This document shows positions 12,501 through 26,068 of a stretch of 64,000 nt of DNA, in pieces (position 1 is the first letter of the stretch; each line of letters opens with the position of its first letter). The stretch is from Laetmonice hystrix (Eukaryota). The DNA lies in the NCBI GenBank assembly GCA_965235115.1, contig OZ249436.1, positions 48,548,001-48,612,000 of the forward strand, read 5' to 3'. The notes under the pieces were generated by a model. That model had not been told where the DNA came from. It searched no databases and was given only the letters and a program-made list of their open reading frames with translations. A program made the translations under genes and the position numbers.

Positions 12501-15500
12501 CTACTATACAGAATTACGGGACCATAATGCCTTGGCCATGGCGAACCAAGCTGACCCACCAAGTACATATGATGATGCAATACCCACCGCGGAGAGTGGG
12601 GTGCCGATTGGTACAGGCCAATGACAGGTTCGTCCGCCATTCACATGACACGTACGCATTATGCAGTGGGAGTTTATAGCCTCCTGATAATACTGGCATA
12701 CTTAACACACTGATATATGCTAAATGCATATTGAGCCTATTGGATGCTCTGTGAACAGCGTACAGGTGGACCTGCGGACTTGCTCTCTGTTTGAGGGCCT
12801 ATGATGACACAAAACTATCTGTGATCTCCGTCCTCAAACGTCTGTTGGGAACAGTTAACTTCGCCTTGCTCTTACTGACGCGCAAGTATACAGGTGTTGG
12901 GTGTTTGGTCTAAACAATCCACAGCCTACAGGCAACCCACACTACACGCCCGTTCACTGCGGCTCATAGCTTAGCAGTTCACCATACTTTCCTTAAACAT
13001 GTACGATACCGCGTAGTCTATAGAGCTAATCTTGGCTCATTAGAACAGCACTTTCAGAGTGTTATCAGTTTGAATGCTCGTCCATCCACCTCTTATGCTC
13101 GCTGAGTTTTTAGAAGTATGCCTAGATCACAGCTGTGTTCAGACAGGATAGATCGCATTAATCCCTCTCTATCTACCGATCTTCCGCTAATGCTAGTAGC
13201 ACACTACGAAAGTATCCCCCCGATAGCCTATCGCCGAGCTGGTTTATCGGCGATGGCAACGGCGACATGCAAGGCGCTGGGGTCATCGCCGATCTATTTA
13301 TCGCAACAATGCCGACGCGAATCGCAACGATCCAAAACTTTGGATGTGTGTTGGCCACCTTCAGATCGGCGATGATTGGTCAGTGTGCTAGGCTCTAGTT
13401 TGCGACGTTGCCGTTGTCCAGCTGATTTATTTGACAGAGAACAAAGCGAAATTCCAGCCTCTGGTTCTAGGCATTTTAACTTTGGAGCACGTGACGGTAT
13501 ACATATCCGCTAGCCAATGGCTCCCCACAATGCACTGTCATTATTGGGTCGATGGACGGTTCGTAGAGAGATTTCTACGAATACATGACTAGGCCATACT
13601 TCCTGCAACACCTGTTGAAGGGTTACGCGAAGTTGGAAATGCGCCCTTCGGTAATAACCTATACCGTAGGGGTCCCTTCCAAAATGAATCAAGCTTTAGT
13701 GAAAACTGTGCACTGTAACAGGGACAGGTCGTTTTAATCGGGTTTTGAAACCGAGCATCCCATGACATGCTACAAGACCTCACAGTTAACCAGTGGGTTG
13801 ACTAAATCGCCCTCCCAGCCATTTAGGGACAAACAATACCAACGCCTATAACTTTGACCAACCTCGGCAGACTATGGCGACCTACTGGAACATTAGCCTC
13901 CGAATCAAACTTTACCTCAGACGGTGGACTCCGACATCGAACAAACCTCCGCAAGAAAGTCAGTATTCCCCTCTTCCTTGCCGACCTGACTGTGCACTAG
14001 TTTGATGACTTCGCTCAGCTGACCTGACTTGACACTCGTTTGATGATTCAGATCTGGAAGTGTGATCGCTTGCACTGCCTACCCATTGACAGGAGTCTAC
14101 ATAGCGCCCAACATTGCGTGGGCAAGTACGTTTATTGTGCTCCTATCACACATACAGAACAATCCCAAAATTGCGCTGACCGTACGGATCGAGAAACCGA
14201 CGATGTGGGACAATTTACCCAATTGTTTCTCCCCTTCCTGCCCGACGGCACTACGGAAAAACCTCTTTACATAATATGGTCTACCGTCTAGGCTGCGACT
14301 CTGCCTTCGTAGGCATACGTAGGCCTCCTTCCCGGTGTGACGACGGTAGGCTCGGGAAATTACTTGGGCGCTGATTCTGCGCTATCGTTAATTTATTCGT
14401 CCAAATTACAATAAATTAAAAATTAAACAAATAAACCCCTAAGAAAATCCTTATCCCTGCATTTGTAAAATACGAGGTGGACGAACTCAGCCTTTACTGT
14501 CTGTGTCATTGTGACATTGACCTCATGCAGGCTGCGTGACAGTATAGGCCTATTACAGGCACCATCACACCGCCTCACGCCCAGCCGTCAGTGGACATGG
14601 TGTTCCTAAACAAACACGGGGCAGGGGTGTGGGCACTCAGCGTACACATGCACGAATGCGGTACGCAAGACGTATAATGTGTCCTAACAGTAGACTCTAA
14701 TCTTGGATGCTGCGGGGTGGAGTGCGCCCCCCACGCCCGCACGGGTTTATGAACGACCGTTGCATTTCCCCACTGTCACAAACTTTATCCCAACCTTACA
14801 ACCGGAAGTGTGGGAAACGTTAATAGGGACCATCTCTATATCTGATTACGTTTAGTTCTGTAGTCTTGCTGCTGTGCTCTCATGGGCACGCACCAGAAAC
14901 CAATCAAACTGTGATTCGACACACTATAGTTGTCGGCTCCTCCCATTGGAGCATTGATCTTGCACAATATTCCCCCCATCCCACCCTGCTGCCATACTTG
15001 GGGCAACAAGGGGGGGGGGGGGCACAATAACCTCACATCTATAACACAGCATGAGGTTAGGTGTTAGATGGAGAATATATTAAGTTATTACGGATCAGTA
15101 TTGACTCCCCCTCTTATTTTCGAAGGTCTCTTGGGAGCATGTATCCGTATTCATGAATTAAGCCAGCGTCAGTTAATCTTTCGCACGAAATGAAGAAGCC
15201 ACACGTTCGTGACCTACTTCAAGTAGTCACGTGGTATGATTTAAAAATTAAACGAATATATGAAGTTTAATTATAATCATACTAGTGCTACTTTAGGTCA
15301 CGAAGTAGTGTGGCCCACCCTTGGTTCGGTGCCATCAGAGCACGCAGCCATGGGGGCACTCGTACCAACTGCAATGTGTCATATGCCTACATGAAGACGA
15401 TGGATTGGAATATTAGGCCTAATGACCACATTTATTCCCCCCCTTTGGGACGGAAAGATTAACCTTCCGGCGCTGTTGAAAACTGAGGAATCTACGCTCA

Positions 15501-15591
15501 AGCCACAAGCCTTAAGCCACACTACTTCGTGACCTAAAGTAGCACTAGTATGATTATAATTAAACTTCATATATTCGTTTAATTTTTAAAT
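9580..15591 (+). mobile_element. DIRS-type (tyrosine-recombinase retrotransposon architecture) non-autonomous element
   Basis: Left ITR 9581-9657; right ITR 15482-15555 plus extension to 15591; ICR 15196-15314 is the exact reverse complement of the left end (9581-9625) fused to the reverse complement of the right end (15516-15589); AAT trinucleotide at both ends and at the ICR junction. Confidence 0.8.
9712..10482. repeat. Composite tandem repeat built on GAGACG(C) motifs, inside the DIRS-like element
   Basis: Alternating ~120- and ~180-bp units (gagacgccatcgctgttggccgtgagacgctc...gagacgccactgcagagacagt). Confidence 0.9.
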
Positions 15592-17002
15592 TACAGAGTA
15601 TAGAGTCAAGCGGCTGGGGGCAATGTCCCCCGTTGAAAGGGAAGGGGCCTAAATCATTCCCGCTGTTACCTCGGACTAATTACAGTCGATAGTGCATGCA
15701 TTTCGGAAGTAAGGTTAGAAGGGTTATACCCTAATGTATGCTCTAGGCGAAGTCAAGATATTTTTTAGGGCTTAAACCCCCAGACTTTCTCCCCAAGTAG
15801 CTTAGGCTACATTAGCACACTGCTATAGAAATCTAAATAATGCAATTTATTATCGCTAGAAGTTATTTCGTTTTGCGCGATATAGTTTAGCCAAGGCCTA
15901 GGCCTATATTCCCCGATTAGCTATACTCTGGGCCCGTCCATGTGCAATCTTCTATATAATGTAAGATTAGTATATGTTGTAAGGTTTCTTTGCGTGCAGG
16001 TGCGCCGGGTAACCGGACCGCACCCCCCCCCCTCCCAGGAAAGGCACCCTCTCCCCCCCCCAACACACACACACCACTACTGTTCCTTGGCCGTTTTGGG
16101 ATCTTGTTATGACGTCACCAACCTCCGACGATGACCTTGACATGGCCGTCACGGCATGACGTCGCTCGCGTGCCTCAAGACCGAGTTATTTTCAACCAGT
16201 ATCGTCGACGTTTGATCACAAAATATCTTTGATCACCGTGGTGCGGGGAGGACAAGGAGGGCGGGGAGGGAACGGGAAGGCGGGGGGGGGGGGCTCTGTT
16301 GCTGACCGTCCCCTAGCTAGCTGGGCCGGACGAGGCTTCGAACCAGGGGGTGGGGTAGCGTTAGGGGGTGGAAGGGAGGGGGAGGGTGTGTGTGTGTGTG
16401 GGGGGGGGGGGTAATTTAGACACACACACTTACCACGGGATTCCAGGTTTATATTTTGAGTTAAATGTATGACGTAGAGATCGTTGAATTCTTAAATATA
16501 AAAAAAACAAACTATAAGATAATTTTGTGTCTGAGAGGTCGACGCCAGTCTGTAGATCTAGCTTTGTGATAAAGAAAATCGAAATACTTTAGATCACAAC
16601 ACAGCCGTGATTTCATGATCACGCAGGTATAATTCGCCCATACTGTTTGTCTCCGACCAAGGGTGGCCAAGGTGCGAAATGTTGCCTGTGATACTGATGA
16701 AAATCGATCATGACCACACCGGTGGATACTAGACTTGTATACATATTTTTAATCGATTTTGGAGTGCTAGGTTTGTGAACAGTTCTTTAAAAAGTGTTAG
16801 CGCATAGGGATATTAAAGTTCTTGATATCATTATACATGTACCTCACACCACCCCGACCGGCACCACATCCCCTCACCACCCTCACCCCCACCTCCATCC
16901 CCATGCTGTTTGGGCCAATGGGGAGGGGGGGGGGGTCATCTCCCTCCTTGGAAATATTTTTTTCTTTACCTTTCTGAATTGACCAAATGATGAACTCCCC
17001 TT

Positions 17003-17297
17003 AGGGGCGGACCATTTGATACCGGGGGGGGGGGGGGCTATGGTTTTTTCTTAAAAAAATAATCTGTTCACCAAATACAGGGGGGGGGGGAATAATTTGT
17101 TCAACAAACTACATAAAAAAATAGTTGGTTCCCTATGTAAAAAAAAAAATACATAGTATAGTCGAAATGGGGAACACAATGTCATAGTCTGATTAATGGT
17201 CATAGCGGAAAAAAGATAGCTTCGGCCTGGGGGCAAAAAAAGTTTGCTCATGAAGAAAAACCATAGCCCCCCCCCCGTATCAAGTGGTCCGCCCCCT
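17003..17297. mobile_element. MITE with ~45-bp imperfect TIRs
   Basis: ggggcggaccatttgatacc(g)nctatggtttttt ... aaaaaccatag(c)ngtatcaagtggtccgcccc. Confidence 0.7.
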
Positions 17298-17611
17298 GAG
17301 GGCTGACAACCTCGGCAAGAGCCTACCTTCTGCAACCAGCCATAGACGGACGGTAAATCCATAGTGTATACGCCCGTTCAATGACTCGTTGTTTGATCCC
17401 AGAGGGCGACCCCCAACCAGCCCGCCTCAGAGGTTGCCAGCCAGTGAAATGATATTGTATTTCAGATGATGAAGCCGGACCAGAGAAAATCGCGCTGTTT
17501 TCTCGGCGTGTCACGCGATTATATTAAAGGTCTCACGCCACGAATTGCTCTAATGATAAGGTGTCACCGACTGGCTCATTGCTGATTGCGTTTGTTATGA
17601 TTGCCCTTCAG

Positions 17612-17717
17612 AAGATGGCCGCCCAGAACGGGAGTCTGCCCGCCCTGAAGGGTAGTCACAAGTTTCGTCATGGTCTGCTGCAGCTGATGATTCACACAAT
17701 CGATCCTCTTGGAGAAG
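17612..17717 (+). CDS. NCKX: NCKX/SLC24 exchanger, first visible exon (cytoplasmic loop)
   Basis: ttcag|KMAAQNGSLPALKGSHKFRHGLLQLMIHTIDPLGE-g|gtacgg. FRHGLLQLMIHTIDPL is a conserved NCKX loop motif; phase 1 matches the next exon. Confidence 0.85.
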
Positions 17718-19807
17718 GTACGGTAAACACTAATAATATATTGATGCTGCCAATAATTTGCCCTCTTTACAAACACAGGGCTGCTACTGTTGAGATCGTG
17801 CCAGACAGGCTTAAGATGACCTTTGTTTCCGGCGGCATTTCCTTCCGGTTTAACGGACGTGAACATATTGCCCTATCGTTAACATAATGCAGAGCTCGAT
17901 CCAGGGGTCAGCGGGATGTCGAGTCTTTCTTTCTTTTATTTTTTAGTGCCCTCAATTAACCCCTATCTTTTTTCGTTTTTCATTTTCCCGATAAACCGCC
18001 TTTTTTATTAGCCTTCCCTGTCGGATCACTCCCCAAACCCTGGATCCTCCCCTCATGCACGCCTTAGGCCCTATAGACTACTCTTTATGTATGTTTTTTC
18101 AGCTTTGTAGAGACCAGAGGTTGCTTGAGTTACTGACTTAATCTGTGCCGCGCGTCCCTCTTTTGATCTGACCAAATTTATTATTAGGCTTACTTTTTTG
18201 AAAGGCTCAACTGACAAAATTCTTAAAGTGACACTAAGAATTCCTCAGCTACTTACCTTTGAATTCGAGTGGACCATGTTAAAATTTCAGGTTCGAACGA
18301 TAAGCGAAAGTATTCCACTCGGGCCGAGGGTTAATTCGACAACCGTTATAATGATCTATGTATGTGTGGAACAGCATGAACCTATGCCATATAGCTTGGA
18401 ATTATAGTGGTTGGAATCGGCAAATACCACCTGCTTGTAAATAAAGCCAACCTATTACCCACCCGCCTTAAATATACTCGTTTCATCTCTTCCGTGGCCC
18501 GGAACGAGATTAACAAAGCATGACAACGGCCGTAAGGGACGGAGTTAACTTTAGATATATTCCCTCCAGAAAGACTTCGGGCAGAGGACTTGACCTCTCG
18601 GTGTGGTACCAATTATTTTCTGCGTGCGAGTAGGCGGCAGATAAGGTTTAGCTTGTCTATTCATTAATTAACGGACTGGTCGACAATTAGATTCTCACCG
18701 GAAATGTTCATTTCTTCTAAATTAAGACTTGGTGTTGTCAAATGTTGTGGGCACTATAGTTTCAACGAAGAGGGCCGTAATTCCCAGGGGGGTTAGGGGG
18801 CTTCAGCCCTCCCCAATATTTTCAGTGGGGCTTAATAATTAGCCTTTTTTACTAGGGAGAACCTTGGACTCGTCTTCGTCTAGCCCCCTCAATAATTCAA
18901 TGGAAATTATCTAGCCCCCTCAATAATTTGATGGAAATTACGGGCGTGGTGAAGGTTATGTAGTTTGTTTTCCATGGGCTGTTTTTAAAAAAGGCATTTT
19001 AGATAAAAGTGCATTTTTTGGCATCTCTTATATGTTTGGCGTTTATTGGGGCGTTTGAGTGAAACAATTGGGCAAAAGATCGGAGAAATGGTAGTTTTGC
19101 TGTCGAATCGAGTCATTCTCGAAAAGTGTGGTTGCATTAACAATGTGTCACGAAATACGACTCGAAAATGCTTAAAGAACAAACACACATCGACAGAACG
19201 TAGTTTTCTAACGTTGGATTATCCAAGTTTTGGACTACATTTTGGAAACTAACACAATGTGTTTACTATTATGACTATGGTGTTACATAGTGGCTACCGG
19301 TATAACACAATGCTAGTAATGTTTAGATATTGCGTGTGGTATCCGGTAATGGTTGCCTAAATATTGGCGTAATATGATGACCCAACAGTTAACGGCTTAA
19401 TGGAATCACGAGAAGTATAAGCCCTCTGGCAAACGAAATATGATGAGAGCAGGTGGTCGGAAATGAATGCCCCCGGCGAGGGATACAGGAAGGAGCATAC
19501 AGCTTCAGACAGGTAAAACTAGAGTCGACGTGCCGTGGGCTGCTATAATACGACAGCAGCCCAACTCCGCCAGGGCTGCTGTTACACGTCGTCACTGCAA
19601 TGTCCGCATGTAGGGGCCTTATAACCTTCTAGGGGAGGGGCAACCATGGGAATACCAGAAGGAGGGGGGGGGGGCTTAAGTTTTCTTGAATTATACACTT
19701 TTTGGGGGGAATAAAATTAAAGAAATATATCGCTAAACGTCCAGGCAAGAACTTCAGCCCCAGATGCTTTATGGGGGCCCCCGTGTGTGTGTGTCCAACG
19801 ATCCAAC

Positions 19808-21001
19808 GGCTGGATCACACATAGCCGACCCGCCGACAGATGGTTTCAGCCGACGCTGCACCGTCGGTTCGCTGTCGCCTGACTCTCCCGACCGACCGAT
19901 GGTCAACCGATCCTCATTTACACTAAACATTGGATTACATATAGCCGATTTTTCATCCGATGCGTCATGGGCTGGCCGTCGCTGATGTGTAATCAGGGGT
20001 CGGCTGAGAGTCGGCTGGCTCAGCCGACGGCGACGACCAGTCGGCTTCCCAACCGATTGAATCAAATCATTTTGATTTTGTCGGTTGGTCGGTTAACGAT
20101 CGGTTCAGTGGTAACTGAGGCGTTTTCAACCAAACGGCGTTTGATCACGTCATGTGACTTGATGGTGTCTGCACACATATATTCTGGCAGAATACCATGG
20201 CTAGGTCGAAGTGTGACCCCAAAAAGAGAGGGATAAACCTTTCTTGTGGCTCCTCCAGCCCCGGATGCTTCTGCCGACCGATAACCAACGGATCATGCGA
20301 TCAAGCGATAGCAAACCGATCATCAATTACATACAGCCGATTGCCAACCGATCCTACCGCCGATTGCTAACCGATCCTACATCCGATTGCCAACCGATCC
20401 TACCGCCGATTGCTAACCGATCCTACCGCCGATTGCTAACCGATCCTACATCCGATTGCTAGCCGATCATAAAACCGACCAGACCTGGGCGTCATCTCAT
20501 CAGGTGTGTTTCTATATGGCTTACAAAATACGGCGAACAGGTGGCTGCTTTTGGTGCTATTCGAGCTGCTGCTACACCCTTGACAATTCTGGGTAAAGAT
20601 CTTCTGCCAAAACAGCAGCAACATCTGATATAATATTATGGCTATTCAGTTTATTTTTTGTTGTTAAAAATATAAGGATAGGTTTTGACAACACTTGGAT
20701 GTCTCCTAAATTAAAGAAAGCACCACTTTCCATCGAGAGAACTATCGAATATATTATTTTATGACTTCCTGTTTTGTTAGGCTTAGCCATACCTACCCAC
20801 CCTAAACTGGCTACATGCCCCTAACCGACCAACCGACAAAATCAAAATAAATCGGTTGGGCAGCCGATTGGTCGCCGTCGTCGGCTGAGCCAGTCGAAGG
20901 TCAACCGATACCTGATTACACAGCAGCGACGTCGGCAGAATGATCGGCTAGGGCAGCCGACGGTCCGCCGAAGGCGAATCGGATGGAAAATGTGTGATCA
21001 G
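19808..21001. mobile_element. Non-autonomous DNA transposon with long imperfect inverted ends (Harbinger-like); internal 23-bp tandem repeat at 20335-20468
   Basis: ~19975-20096 is inverted relative to ~20822-20930 (aatcagg..gctcagccgacggcgacgacc..ttttgattttgtcggttggtcggtta); gatcacacat/atgtgtgatc near the ends. Exact ends uncertain. Confidence 0.6.
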
Positions 21002-21055
21002 AAAGTATGACCCTTCGACTTTACGGTATAGGCCGCCTACGAACAATAGTCTTTG

Positions 21056-21258
21056 CAGGGGCGGATCCAGGATTTTGCAACTGGGGGGGGGGGGGCTATA
21101 TCCAGGATTTTGCAACGGGGGGGGGGGCGCAGCTTAATGTAGGCCTATGTATAAAACCTCTTAGTGCGCCGTAGCCACACTGCAAAATGATAACCCTGCA
21201 GTCAGCTGGGGGGGGGGGGGGCCTTAAGCCCCAAAGCCTACCCCTCGATCCGCCACTG
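21056..21258. mobile_element. Short G-rich MITE (CAGGGGCGGATC...GATCCGCCACTG family)
   Basis: Terminal inverted motifs; related copies at ~1059, 5364-5515, 50965 and 54048-54222. Confidence 0.6.
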
Positions 21259-22355
21259 CTTTGCTATTACTCAATGCACAGTATTGGCCCGCAGTGCATG
21301 AATAATGAGTGCATAACATCTGTATTATTTGGTAGCCATATTTCCTGTGGACCTGGTCAATATTTGTCCAAGCTCAAACCGCTATGCCTATCTCTTTTCT
21401 GATCCTGAAGAGGCCAGTGCAGAATGTGAGTATTCATTGTCCAAGCTAAGCTGCCAACCAAATGTCATACAACTCCAGTCTGTTTCTCCATCTAGCCCCA
21501 TGCCCATATTTTCACATCCTAACACACCTAGACTAGCGTCACGTGACAATTCGTTGTTGACCTTGACCTTGGTGAATATGATCGCTGGTGTTAAATAGTT
21601 CAACCTCCACGAGCACTTCACATTGCCAGTAGGCCTACGTCGCTCAATTTCTCGATATACAAGGGCAAACATGAAAAAAATCTTCCCCTTACTCTTTGTT
21701 TTGTTTGTTGTCTTTCTTGTCCCCCTTTTTTAAGACTTGAGTATAAATCCACGAGTCCTTGGTTTAAGAACATCCTTGCTGTCCGTTTCTTTCCTACGAG
21801 TGGGGGTAAGAAGAAAGTATGCGTTACAAAAAGACAGATCATGATATTTGGGCAGAAGGGCGATTCTAATTTTTTAAACCATTATTTGAACATTTTCTGC
21901 TGAGGGCATGTGAAGTTCAAGTCTCGGTATGCCGCATGGGTCACGTGACTCGTTCACAAGGACCACACCTCGCCAAACCTCACTACTCGTACCCAGGGTT
22001 CCCCGCCACTTCCGGTCCGCTCCTATATCATATCTACTATGAGACAGTGCGCATGCGTAGATAGTATGTAACGGTTACTGTGGACATTCTAGTTCCAGCT
22101 GGGTCAAGGCTGATGTTGGACCACAGTGCGCTTTAGCGGATAATTGCTGTAGAGAAGAAAGAAGTATGTTAGCGCTGCATGTAAAATATAGGCCTATGTA
22201 TTATTTCCCCACAGAGGTTCAAAATGCCCAGTAAAAATTCTTTCCAAGCCAGGAGACCTGAAGGGTACGGAGTACAGGGCAGCGATGTACGTGGTCACTC
22301 CTGTTGTATAGGGGTAGAGATCTAGTCGTTATGTGACATAGAAATGTGTAGTCTG

Positions 22356-22508
22356 GGCCCGGCTTACTGAGATTGTCGCTAACAACGATGTCGTTAATGA
22401 TGATGTCCTTAACCCATGGGGAAACCACTCCTTAATGATAATTTCAATAACGAGTGGTTTTCTTAGTTAACGATATCGTTATTAATAATAAGCTTAATAA
22501 GCCAGGCC
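22356..22508. mobile_element. Palindromic MITE (GGCCCGG ends)
   Basis: ggcccggcttactgag ... cttaataagccaggcc; same end type as 57661-57798. Confidence 0.5.
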
Positions 22509-23844
22509 TATGGAGGTCTTGTGCATCTTGATTTTCAGATCGATATAGTGTTTGCGGAATTGCATGGCATAACGTTTTGTCACCCTGCTAATATACATGT
22601 TTGCAGTTAAAAAGAAGAAAAAAAAGTTTCATCTGGTTGAGGTCACCCTTTGAAAGAGTCACATAGTTACTGACCCGAAGATTCCAACACTCAAACAATA
22701 CCCTGATCGAGAGAAGACCTTTAAGGGTGTCACATCTATAACAGATGTGACATTCGTGATTGCTGAGACATGTATCTCAAATCCGTCAGTAAACATATTC
22801 ACCATTTTCTTTCTGGTATGTACATATATCAGGGCATGTTTGGTTTACTAAGTCTTATACAGATAACGTATATGTGGGTGGGTATGAAAAAGGAGAATAT
22901 CAAAAACGAGGTACAGCAATGATCCGTGTCGTCTCCAAGGGCGACGGTTTAAACTCCACCAGTGACCTTACTCCTCGTGCGCTCCACAACCGCTCTTGGT
23001 GATCCAGAGATGCATGAATTGTTATTGTGAAACAGTCGGTTTTAACAGTAACTCTTGTCTTCATCGCTGCGTGATATCTATATGGCAAGAGGGTTTGGGA
23101 GTGGATGAATTGTTAAAGCAAATCATGAATATCTAAAAGTAACAAAATCAAACTTAATTTGGACAGAGGCATTAGCACCCTAGGAATCATGTGTGTAAGG
23201 CATACCAACACTTTACCGAATCAAAAGTGGGATCGCTGCTCCTTTCTCCCCAACCCAGACCTCTTTACATAATCATTTTCTACCAGTTTGAAATTATCGT
23301 CGACTCTACGTCATCGATCACGTGATGGGGATACCTGCCTCGGTTTGGCAATACGTAATGTGGGTCATCGCCCGATTAATTAACAGGAAACGGAATGTTG
23401 CATTTCATTATATTTCGCCATTTCTGTGGATATGCATAGATTTATGGAGTCTAAGGCATTATCTAACCCATGTCTTCATTTTGGAGTCATTGAAATAAGA
23501 GATATTCGTGATTTGCTTTAACTGTACAAATTGTGGTTCTACAGGGTGATCTTATCTTTATAGAAGTTATATACTACTTCTCCTTTAGATATGGAGGCGA
23601 GATCACGGACGTTAGGTTTATCTTTTCGGATGTGCATGCCACACACACTATAAACCTAAACTAATGTGTGTTTTATATCTATCTGCAGATGTACAATGGT
23701 TTTATTCGTACACATAGGAGGCTATGTAGTCGTATGTAATTCACAAATGAATAATTTGTATGAGGTTCAAAAAGAGAAGTTCTTAGGGAATTGATTAGGA
23801 TCTTGTGTATGAGTATTTCGCCATTTTCTTGTCTGTTCATACAG

Positions 23845-24155
23845 CCAAGGTCCATGATAAAGCATTGAAGTTACACGCCGTGGCCTCTCTCAAAGTTCTC
23901 GAGAACATGGAGAACCATAACGGTCCACCGAACCAGCCCAACAAGAACGGTGCAATCCCCGCCATCTCCAACGGACAACTGATGGACGGCACACCGCGGA
24001 ACGCCTCCATGACACCCGTAGGTCGCGCTGACGAGGACGAACAGACAGACGTTACCACACGTCACGTGGTCATGGCGGCCGAGAACGGCGAGAAGACGAC
24101 GGGAGTGGCGGCGGCGGCGGCGGCGACAGACGACGCGGGAGATGACCGCTCTCAG
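23845..24155 (+). CDS. NCKX: NCKX/SLC24 exon (low-complexity cytoplasmic loop)
   Basis: acag|cc (phase 1) AKVHDKALKLHAVASLKV...DDRSQ|gtgagc (phase 0); open frame with phases matching both neighbours. Confidence 0.8.
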
Positions 24156-24826
24156 GTGAGCGATAGGATCTGATACTAATGCCGTAAACATGAGGAACTC
24201 TTTCCGGGCTTGGCATTTCTCCCCCAAGTTTCCTCGAATTCATGCCCTTTCTCAGGGAAATATTGCCATGACTTTATATCATGATGTCCTATGTCTGTGG
24301 TCTCCCTCCGCATGATTCTACGTACAGCCCGCATGCACTCTCCATAAGCCATATTGTATTTGACCTATTGCTGACCAAGAAATAGGCCTACTAGGTACCG
24401 GCAAAATGGGAAACCTTGCTTGACATGTGGCGCCCCCTGTTTAGCTGCAGCATTTCTTAAACATGAAGAATTGGAATGATCTTCCAAAATTTTAGTTTAT
24501 AGAGGCTAAATCGATCGTTTGATGTATTTTCCCCGTCTAAGTGCGTTCGATAGCAGCATTCACAAGGGTCATAAATGGGCCGATCAGCAACGACACTAGC
24601 GCCATCTCTCGGTGTACGGTCCCTATTAATGGGTCTGCAGGAGCAATGCTTCGCAAATCCATGAAATTAATTAAAATTCGAATCTAACATTTATTATAAA
24701 ACATTCATAATATACACGTAGGCCTATATAGAGGCCTATACAGAGGCGTAGATCTACATACGAACATCAATAGGGGTTATAGCCTTTGAGGAACTATATT
24801 TTGTGTATCTGCTAGTTCATTGTCTA

Positions 24827-25200
24827 CGGAGCCCTGTTGGAGACATGACGAGAAAAAAATGGTGATTATCTCGAAATTACTACTTAGTGACGTAGTTAAC
24901 TCGTTATTACGACTTAATGGCGTCACTAAGTGGCTATTACGAGTTAATCGCGTTCGTTTCAGAGAAACAATTTTGTGGTGATCTCGAAATTACCACTTAG
25001 TGACGTCATTAACTCGTTATTACGACTTAATGACGTCACTATGTGGTAATTTCGAGATTTTTTTTCTCTGAACGCGATAAACTCGTAATAACGACTAAGT
25101 AACGTCATTAAGTCGTAATAACGAGTTAATGACGTCACTAAGTGGTAATTTCGAGATCACCACAAATCTTTTTTCTCTTCATGTCCCCAACAGGGCTCCG
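24827..25200. mobile_element. MITE with TA TSD and internal palindromic repeats
   Basis: TA|CGGAGCCCTGTTGGAGACATGA ... TCATGTCCCCAACAGGGCTCCG|TA; internal tcgttattacga and tgacgtca repeats. Confidence 0.8.
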
Positions 25201-25827
25201 TAATTGTCTGACTGGTAGGCGTAGTAATTCAAACACGTTTTTATAAATTGACCGACTCACAAACAGGCAGAGACGGCCACCACTGTGGTGTCTAGCACAG
25301 CTTCGGCAGTCAGTATTCACCCAGACCAAGTGAGTAAACCACCTCAATTGTCCCCGTATCTCGCCACAGAAATGCGGTCAGTAGGTAACAGTTCTAGGTG
25401 CTAGATCCAAGTCATTGTGCTCGTCAATTGTAGACAGGTCAGGTTGGCCGCAGATCATCCCAAAGTCATTGCCATTTCATTTCTGGCGCCCTGACCTTCT
25501 GAATCCATCGTGGCGGGAGTAATGTGCCGCTACGCATGAATGCATGATGTCTCCGGGTTGTTCATAGTCGACCACGACTGAAATTTGGTAGTATTTAAGG
25601 CTAAGAGAAAGCCTATCCCTAGTTTTTCGAGGAAATGATTAAGGATCATGTGATGTGTCGCTACCAACTTAACTTGTTTAAAAGTCTAGTATAGGTCTAT
25701 TGTCTACATAATGTATAACATTGTGATAGTTGTTTGTTTATTTCGTATAGTTTGCTCAAAGCGGTAAACCTCTATTGAGATACCCACAGGGTCCTGGGGC
25801 TAAGAATCCACGTTCTGTTATATTTCT

Positions 25828-26068
25828 GTATATCAGGTACGGATCCAGGATTTTTTTACGGATTCCTGCCTGTAGATATATCAGGTACGGATCCAGGATT
25901 TTTTTACGGATTCCTGCCTGTAGATATATCAGGTACGGATCCAGGATGTTTTTACGGATTCCTGCCTGTGGATATATCAGGTACGGATCCAGGATGTTTT
26001 TACGGATTCCTGCCTGTAGATATATCAGGTACGGATCCAGGATGTTTTTACGGATTCCTGCCTGTATA
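25828..26068. repeat. 48-bp minisatellite, ~5 copies
   Basis: Unit tatcaggtacggatccaggat(t/g)tttttacggattcctgcctgtagata. Confidence 0.9.
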
